From Candidatus Nanoarchaeia archaeon (GTDB lineage Archaea; Nanobdellota; Nanobdellia; Woesearchaeales; SKIA01): a stretch of 64,000 bases of DNA. Location: contig JANQNG010000053.1 of NCBI GenBank assembly GCA_028279685.1, forward strand, positions 12,347 to 76,346, written 5' to 3'. This document shows, in pieces, positions 58,298-64,000 of the stretch; position 1 is the stretch's first letter, and every line of letters starts with the position of its first letter. The translations under genes were made by a program, and so were the position numbers. The notes beneath the pieces were generated by a model. It saw nothing but the letters and a program-made list of their open reading frames with translations. It searched no databases and was not told where the DNA came from.

Positions 58298-60052
58298 ATG
58301 AAACGTTCACCCATTATATCCGTATTAGGTCATGTTGACCATGGAAAAAGCTCTATACTTGATAGTATTAGAGAATCAAATATTTTAGCTACAGAGGCAG
58401 GAGCTATTACTCAGGCAATTGGTGCTTCCATCATACCTCTTGAAGTGCTTCAAAAAAAATGTGGATCATTATTAGGAAGTGTCAAAGGATTAGATATCCA
58501 AGGACTTTTGTTTATTGATACACCAGGACATGCTGCATTTACTTCTCTTCGTAAAAGGGGGGGAAATCTGGCAGATATTGCTATTCTTGTAGTTGACATC
58601 AATGAAGGATTTAAACCACAAACCATTGAAGCCATAGAAATTCTCAAGACATCAAAAACGCCATTTGTTGTTGCTGCAAATAAACTCGATCTTATTCCCA
58701 GCTATCGTCACAAAGATGAAAAGATTTTAGCGGATATCAAAGCACAAGATGAGAAAGTGACAAGTAGAGTTGAAACAAAACTCTATGAATTAGTTGGAAA
58801 GTTTGCTGAAATGGATTTGCAATCTGAACGTTTTGATCGTGTAGATGATTTTGCAAAACAGCTCGCCATCGTTCCTATTAGTGCAAAATTCGGCTGGGGA
58901 ATTCCAGAGCTATTAACTATACTTGTTGCATTAACAAAGAAATACCTTGAGGAGAATCTTGCATTCAATATTGAAGGTCCAGGAAAAGGATCTATACTTG
59001 AAATAAAAGAAGAGCAAGGATTAGGAAAAACATTGGACGTTATTATGTATGATGGACACATCAAGATCAATGACACTATTGTAATAGGAACACTTGACGA
59101 ACCTCTTGTAACACGTGTTAAAGCATTATTCGAGCCTGCTCCTCTTGCAGAAATGCGTGATAAAAAATCAAAATTCACCTCTATTAAAGAAGCAAAAGCC
59201 GCCACAGGAGTGAAGATAAGTGCTCCTGAATTAGATGGTGTTGTTGCAGGCATGCCTATACAAGTCGCTACGGAGAATATAGATGTTGTTAAGGAAGATA
59301 TTATGAATGAAGTTGAAGATGTGCTTATTGAGACAGAAGAATCTGGTATTATTATCAAAGCAGATAATCTTGGAAGTCTCGAAGGAATTATTCAATTATT
59401 GAATGAACATGATATCCCAATACGAAAAGCAATCATAGGCAACATCACAAAGAAAGATGTGCTTGATGCTGAGAGTAATGCAGAAGAAGATCCTTTGCTT
59501 GCAGTAATTCTTGCTTTCAATGTCAAGCTTGCTAAAGATGTGATAGTTCCTGACACAGTGAAAGTTATTACTTCTGATATTATTTATCGTCTACTGGATG
59601 ATTATGAAGAATGGAAAGAAAAGAAAACAAAAGAATTAGAGGAAAAAGAATTAGCTAAAATAACAAAACCCTGTAAAATTCAAGTATTATCTGGTTGTAT
59701 TTTCCGTGGAAGCAATCCTTGTGTTGCAGGTGTTGAAGTTCTTGAAGGTACATTGAAACAGCATATGAAATTAATAAAAAAAGATGGTTCTCGATTAACT
59801 GAAGTTAAAGAGATTCAGATGAATAAGAAATCGGTTTCCGAGGCAAAAGAAGGAGAGAAAGTTGCTGTATCAATGCATGGTGTTATGGCTGAAAGGCATG
59901 TCTTTGAGAATGATATCTATTATTCTGATGTCAACGAAGAAAACTTCAGAAATCTCAAAGCTTATGCTAAAAAGTTAGCTCCTAAAGAGAAAGATCTACT
60001 CAAGGAAATAGCGGCCATCAAACGAAAGGAAAATCCTTTGTGGGGAGTCTGA
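58298..60052 (+). CDS. infB: Translation initiation factor aIF5B/IF-2
   Basis: GHVDHGKS, EAGAITQAIG, DTPGH, NKLD; no intein. Confidence 0.98.
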   Translation: MKRSPIISVLGHVDHGKSSILDSIRESNILATEAGAITQAIGASIIPLEVLQKKCGSLLGSVKGLDIQGLLFIDTPGHAAFTSLRKRGGNLADIAILVVDINEGFKPQTIEAIEILKTSKTPFVVAANKLDLIPSYRHKDEKILADIKAQDEKVTSRVETKLYELVGKFAEMDLQSERFDRVDDFAKQLAIVPISAKFGWGIPELLTILVALTKKYLEENLAFNIEGPGKGSILEIKEEQGLGKTLDVIMYDGHIKINDTIVIGTLDEPLVTRVKALFEPAPLAEMRDKKSKFTSIKEAKAATGVKISAPELDGVVAGMPIQVATENIDVVKEDIMNEVEDVLIETEESGIIIKADNLGSLEGIIQLLNEHDIPIRKAIIGNITKKDVLDAESNAEEDPLLAVILAFNVKLAKDVIVPDTVKVITSDIIYRLLDDYEEWKEKKTKELEEKELAKITKPCKIQVLSGCIFRGSNPCVAGVEVLEGTLKQHMKLIKKDGSRLTEVKEIQMNKKSVSEAKEGEKVAVSMHGVMAERHVFENDIYYSDVNEENFRNLKAYAKKLAPKEKDLLKEIAAIKRKENPLWGV

Positions 60053-60090
60053 TTAGATATGTTTATATTATAGTGAGCACTCCCTCTTTT

Positions 60091-60465
60091 ATGAATTCGT
60101 TGGATGAATCTCTTGTTGTTTTTGAACTGGATACTAACCTAGCAGCTAGATCTTCCGCAACATTGCTTATTCTATATGAGATTAAAGATAACCAGTTAGT
60201 TACTGTCTACGACCCTAGAAAAGATGATGGAGAAATAGATTCTCCTAAAAATGAAAATGTAATGAGAATTATTAAAGAGCGAGGGGCTAAAGCATATGTG
60301 ATTAACTTGCCGTTATCTCGTCCAAAAGAAGTATTGGGACTTATATTGAACTTTGAAGATTATCGTGAATGGGGATGTTATGAATCATTAAATATGCATT
60401 TTTGGAGATATGATTTTGAACGTGAAGGAATAGAAGTTAAAGAAATGATATATTTGCCTAGATAA
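60091..60465 (+). CDS. Hypothetical protein
   Basis: ORF fills the gap after infB; ATG 60091 preferred over the overlapping TTG. Confidence 0.5.
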   Translation: MNSLDESLVVFELDTNLAARSSATLLILYEIKDNQLVTVYDPRKDDGEIDSPKNENVMRIIKERGAKAYVINLPLSRPKEVLGLILNFEDYREWGCYESLNMHFWRYDFEREGIEVKEMIYLPR

Positions 60466-60466
60466 A

Positions 60467-61045
60467 TTATTGATCATAGTACCCTTCTTTTTCTGTGAGG
60501 TCTAGGAAGTCATGGAATATTCTCAGCAATTTAGGAAATGGCTTGAAGTATTTCTCTTTCTTTTTGATAATAAACTCTTTGCTCCATCCTTTCCATCGAT
60601 ATTTGAAGTTATATTCATACACTAAAGAATCCATTTGATCAATTGCCTTCGCAAACTTAGCTTCGATTGTTTTCATTTCTTCAAATTCATTGAAGAGCTT
60701 TATGAACTTATCACCAGTGTGTTTTGGTAGTTGAGGTTTGAGTTTTTTAGCAGCGAGAGCTTCCTTTTTCTCTTGATCAGGGTCATTTCTATCTGGTCTA
60801 AAAGGAGTATCTCCTGATTCAACCTCTACAAGATCATGATACATAAGAATCTCATAAACTTTTCGCCTATCAACTTTCTCATCTATCTCGTCAAAGAAAT
60901 AATCTGCCAACATAAGACAGCTCCAGGTGTGTTCAGCAGAACTCTCTTTCCTATCTCCTACATTAGCATCTCTATAGACTGATTTTAGTTTATTCACAAT
61001 CTCGAATTTAAGTAAGTCATCCATATATGCACTCATTGCCTTCAT
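60467..61045 (-). CDS. HD-domain 5'-deoxynucleotidase-like protein (YfbR/HDDC2)
   Basis: LKSVYR, ESSAEHTW, HDLVEVESGD, EAKFAKAID. Confidence 0.9.
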   Translation of the reverse strand: MKAMSAYMDDLLKFEIVNKLKSVYRDANVGDRKESSAEHTWSCLMLADYFFDEIDEKVDRRKVYEILMYHDLVEVESGDTPFRPDRNDPDQEKKEALAAKKLKPQLPKHTGDKFIKLFNEFEEMKTIEAKFAKAIDQMDSLVYEYNFKYRWKGWSKEFIIKKKEKYFKPFPKLLRIFHDFLDLTEKEGYYDQ

Positions 61046-61136
61046 TATAAAAATATTATTATTATGCTAGATAGTAATGTCTCAAACATAATATTATCAT
61101 AATCATCTTTATAAAATTCTAAATGCTCCTCAGCAT

Positions 61137-61931
61137 ATGAAACTTATCAAAATACCATTCAATGGAGCATCTATGAATAAGAGAGATGGACAAGAGTTGG
61201 CTCCTGATGCAATATGCAGTCATTTCGATGAAATGTATTGCAATGAAGTTGGCGTTAAGACAGACCCTTCTATTGCATCCATTGATATTGATAATAACAA
61301 TGTAGAAGAGAGTTTTCAATTGATAGAAAAAGAGTTAACAGAAATATTTGGGAAAGCTACAGAGAAGATATGTCTAATAGGAGGAGATCATAGTATTAGT
61401 TATCCTGCGTTTAGAGCATTCGCTAAAGGAAAAACTAGTCCAGGATTGATTGTGTTTGATGCACATCCTGATTGCATGCATGATTTCAAACCTCCAACTC
61501 ATGAAGATTGGCTCAGGGTATTAATTGAAGAGCAATCGATCAAACCAGAGCATATTATTCTCGTCGGTATAAGAAGCTGTGATAAACAGGAAATTGATTT
61601 TCTCAAAACGCATAATATTCGTTATTTCACAATGAAACAGATTGCTCAAGAAGGTATACAGCAGATTTGTGACATTATCATGGAGAATGCAAGACTCTGG
61701 AGTGATCTCTATCTCAGTGTTGATATTGATGCTGTAGATCCTGGGATGGCTCCTGGCACAGGATATTGTGAACCTGGAGGATTGGCTTCAAGAGAATTAC
61801 TCTACTGCATTCAGCGCTTACGATTGCTCAAGAATCTTTCAGCTGTTGATATTGTAGAAATAAATCCGAAAAGAGATATCAACGCTATGACATCTAAGCT
61901 CGGGGCAAAACTCATAAGAGAATTATTCTAA
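61137..61931 (+). CDS. Arginase/agmatinase family ureohydrolase
   Basis: GGDHSI, DAHPD, SVDIDAVDP..APGTG..PGG, DIVEINP. Confidence 0.92.
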   Translation: MKLIKIPFNGASMNKRDGQELAPDAICSHFDEMYCNEVGVKTDPSIASIDIDNNNVEESFQLIEKELTEIFGKATEKICLIGGDHSISYPAFRAFAKGKTSPGLIVFDAHPDCMHDFKPPTHEDWLRVLIEEQSIKPEHIILVGIRSCDKQEIDFLKTHNIRYFTMKQIAQEGIQQICDIIMENARLWSDLYLSVDIDAVDPGMAPGTGYCEPGGLASRELLYCIQRLRLLKNLSAVDIVEINPKRDINAMTSKLGAKLIRELF

Positions 61932-62164
61932 AGGTCATCGTCTTCGTCTTTTTCCTTGTTAGATTCTTCTATATCTTCGTTGTATCCTTTAACAAATCCT
62001 TCTTCTTCCGGGGATATCTCATCATTTCTACCTAAGTCTTCAGCACCCTCATCTTCATAGATTTCATGCTCTTCAGGCTCGTCGTCATACTCCATGAAGC
62101 GATTTTCGAAAATTTGCTTTAAATATTTTTTGGTTATCGCCGAGATTCTCTTAAAAATAGCCAT
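61928..62164 (-). CDS. Small acidic protein, EEGFxxGY family (paralog of 10013..10231)
   Basis: FENRFME and NDEISPEEEGFVKGY; D/E-rich tail; divergent from the histone gene. Confidence 0.78.
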   Translation of the reverse strand: MAIFKRISAITKKYLKQIFENRFMEYDDEPEEHEIYEDEGAEDLGRNDEISPEEEGFVKGYNEDIEESNKEKDEDDDL

Positions 62165-62260
62165 ATTATCGCAGTAAAGGCTTTATAACGCCAAAAAATA
62201 CAAATATTTAAAAAGTGATCACTCCTGCCAGAACATACTAATTCAATGGAAGGTGGTACC

Positions 62261-62617
62261 ATGTTGGTAGTTAAGTCGAAAATAAAAGATGTCGTAAAAA
62301 ACTGCAATGTAGCAGGTGATTTAGCCGATGCTTTGAGCAAGAAGCTAACTATGATGATTGAAGATGCTTGTAAGAGAGCCGATGAGAATGGCAGGAAGAC
62401 TGTTATGGCAAAGGATGTGCCCTTCTTCTTTACATGCAAAGGCAAAGCAAGCGACATGATCGTGGTTAAAAGCAAGCTCAAAGATGTTGCTAAGGGTTAC
62501 AATGTGGCTGGAGATCTAGCTGATGCCTTAAATAATGTTGCTGTCACTATGGTTGGCATGGCAGAAGAGAGAGCTGCTGGCAACAACAGAAAGACTCTTA
62601 TGGCAAAAGACCTGTAA
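62261..62617 (+). CDS. Tandem-fused doublet of short (alpha2-type) histone folds
   Basis: Two copies of (L/I)VVKSK.KDV....NVAGDLADAL....RA..N.RKT(V/L)MAKD; RxTxxxxD histone clamp; GAAGGTGG SD-like sequence. Confidence 0.88.
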   Translation: MLVVKSKIKDVVKNCNVAGDLADALSKKLTMMIEDACKRADENGRKTVMAKDVPFFFTCKGKASDMIVVKSKLKDVAKGYNVAGDLADALNNVAVTMVGMAEERAAGNNRKTLMAKDL

Positions 62618-62640
62618 ATAGGTCTTTTTTTCTCTTTCTT
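62605..62640 (+). terminator. Hairpin plus U-tract ending the histone transcript
   Basis: AAAAGACCT-GTAAAT-AGGTCTTTT running into a T-rich tract. Confidence 0.5.
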
Positions 62641-62671
62641 TATTCCAAACATTTAAATATTACAGCTTCTC

Positions 62672-63190
62672 ATGCCCTCTAGAAGAGGTGTTTTTGAATT
62701 GACCATACCTGTGAGAGAAGTAATGACTAAGCATATCATCAAGCTTCCTGAAAGTTCTACTATCAGAGAAGCAGTAAAATTAATGGCTGAAAATCAAATT
62801 AGTTGTGTTCTTGTAGTCGATAAGAAAGGAAAACTGGCAGGTGTTTTCACTGAAAGAGATGTACTAGTTAAAGTTGCCCTGAAAAAAGCGAATCCTTCTA
62901 AAACAACTGTCGATAAGATCATGACAAAAAATGTTGAGACAGCATCTCCGGATGAAAGCATCTTCGAGATAGCAAAGCATCTTAGCAAAAGAAAATTTCG
63001 CCGATTTCCAATTGTAAAAAATGGAGATCTTAAAGGACTTATTACTGAAACAGATATTGTTCTCTTCTCCAATAAAGAAATGGAAAAACTAGTCAAGATG
63101 CAGAAGAGTCTCATTATTGTTATTTTCATTATGGCGTTGCTTATTCTGATATACAGCCTGAAAGTATTTCAGTATGCTGCTACGCTGTAA
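62672..63190 (+). CDS. CBS-domain pair protein with C-terminal TM helix
   Basis: VREVMT..GVFTERD..RRFPIV..GLITETD; hydrophobic C-terminus. Confidence 0.88.
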   Translation: MPSRRGVFELTIPVREVMTKHIIKLPESSTIREAVKLMAENQISCVLVVDKKGKLAGVFTERDVLVKVALKKANPSKTTVDKIMTKNVETASPDESIFEIAKHLSKRKFRRFPIVKNGDLKGLITETDIVLFSNKEMEKLVKMQKSLIIVIFIMALLILIYSLKVFQYAATL

Positions 63191-63291
63191 GTTGTATTAC
63201 TGCCCAGCGAAGTTATCTAATGTATATCGAACTACGACAGGACTCGATTCGAATAGCGAAGACACATAAGAACGGAGCGCAGTAATACAAC
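63191..63291. repeat. 101-bp element bounded by perfect 13-bp inverted repeats (MITE-like or structured RNA)
   Basis: GTTGTATTACTGC 63191-63203 and GCAGTAATACAAC 63279-63291; degenerate extra copy of the left end at 63301. Confidence 0.55.
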
Positions 63292-63336
63292 ATTGTAAAA
63301 GTATTACTACCCAACAAGCTCATAAGATGCTATATT

Positions 63337-63990
63337 TTATCTTACAGTAAACTTATGGACATCACGTCCAGAACAAAGATACAGATCCTTTCCAACTTTT
63401 GTCGCTGTGCTAAGACCATACATTTCATTTGGAATATTTAGTGTTCCTATGTAAGGATTGTCTGCTTTTGGAGCAATAACTTCTATTCTTCCAAATGGAG
63501 ATAGGCCAAATTCTCCATCATTTCTTTCAACATCAAGAAATAATAAGGAGATATCATTTAACTTAACTTCTCTATTATCTGGTATTGAATTCATTTCAAA
63601 ATCAAAACATCCGTATTTATTAGGCATATAACCGTTAGGTTTTTCAACTCCTTCTATCGTAATATCTCTACTTTCATTTAAATTTAATTCTAAATTGCTA
63701 TCTCCGAAGTGCAATATTAATCTTTTTTCATACAAAGTAGTTGAAGTTAAGTCCAATCCACTCCATTTTTCTAATAACTCTCCAAGAGGCATTTTTCCAC
63801 TGGACTTAGTTCCTTTTCTTGCTAATGAATAAAGAGTTAAATTATCAAAACTATGAAACCCCCCAAATGCTAAAATATTTTTAGAGTCCATACCAACAAC
63901 AAGAGGTCTTTTGGGATATATTCCTTTATCCATTATTCCAAGCTCTTTTTTTGTTGCCCAGTTGACATCACCGTCTTTATTAATTTTCAT
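63337..63990 (-). CDS. Hypothetical protein
   Basis: 217-aa ORF, AT-rich; may extend beyond the window edge. Confidence 0.55.
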   Translation of the reverse strand: MKINKDGDVNWATKKELGIMDKGIYPKRPLVVGMDSKNILAFGGFHSFDNLTLYSLARKGTKSSGKMPLGELLEKWSGLDLTSTTLYEKRLILHFGDSNLELNLNESRDITIEGVEKPNGYMPNKYGCFDFEMNSIPDNREVKLNDISLLFLDVERNDGEFGLSPFGRIEVIAPKADNPYIGTLNIPNEMYGLSTATKVGKDLYLCSGRDVHKFTVR

Positions 63991-64000
63991 AAGATTATGA

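Noticed and set aside
61137-61931. Agmatinase as a dedicated aIF5A-modification or histone-related enzyme
   Set aside because: It is 45 kb from aIF5A and only converges on the acidic gene; the sequence gives no evidence for substrate or linkage.

Overview
64 kb of chromosome from a low-GC archaeon using the standard code. The gene set (aIF5A, aIF5B, aRF1, L1-L10-L12, L40e, Dph5, class I CCA-adding enzyme, intron-containing tRNA-Arg, TATA promoters, bacterial-type grpE-dnaK-dnaJ) fits DPANN, most likely Woesearchaeota; the taxon is inferred. One third of the window is a single 7,290-aa surface protein with a subtilase zymogen apparently nested in another domain and a cadherin-like array containing a super-repeat. 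The strongest candidate for an undescribed system is a chromatin module: a fused doublet of short Bd0055/HLp-like histones and a ~75% Lys+Arg H1/protamine-like protein. Each lies beside one of two paralogous small acidic proteins sharing FxNRFxE and NDxIxxxEEGFxxGY motifs, possibly histone chaperones or DNA mimics. Other oddities are an HTH-phasin-like fusion coupled to a UbiB kinase, a kinase-MGMT fusion, a long RelA/SpoT-hydrolase-like HD protein, a palindromic operator before grpE and several unannotated microproteins. I saw no CRISPR array, integrase or transposase. All family calls come from motif recognition by eye, not database searches.
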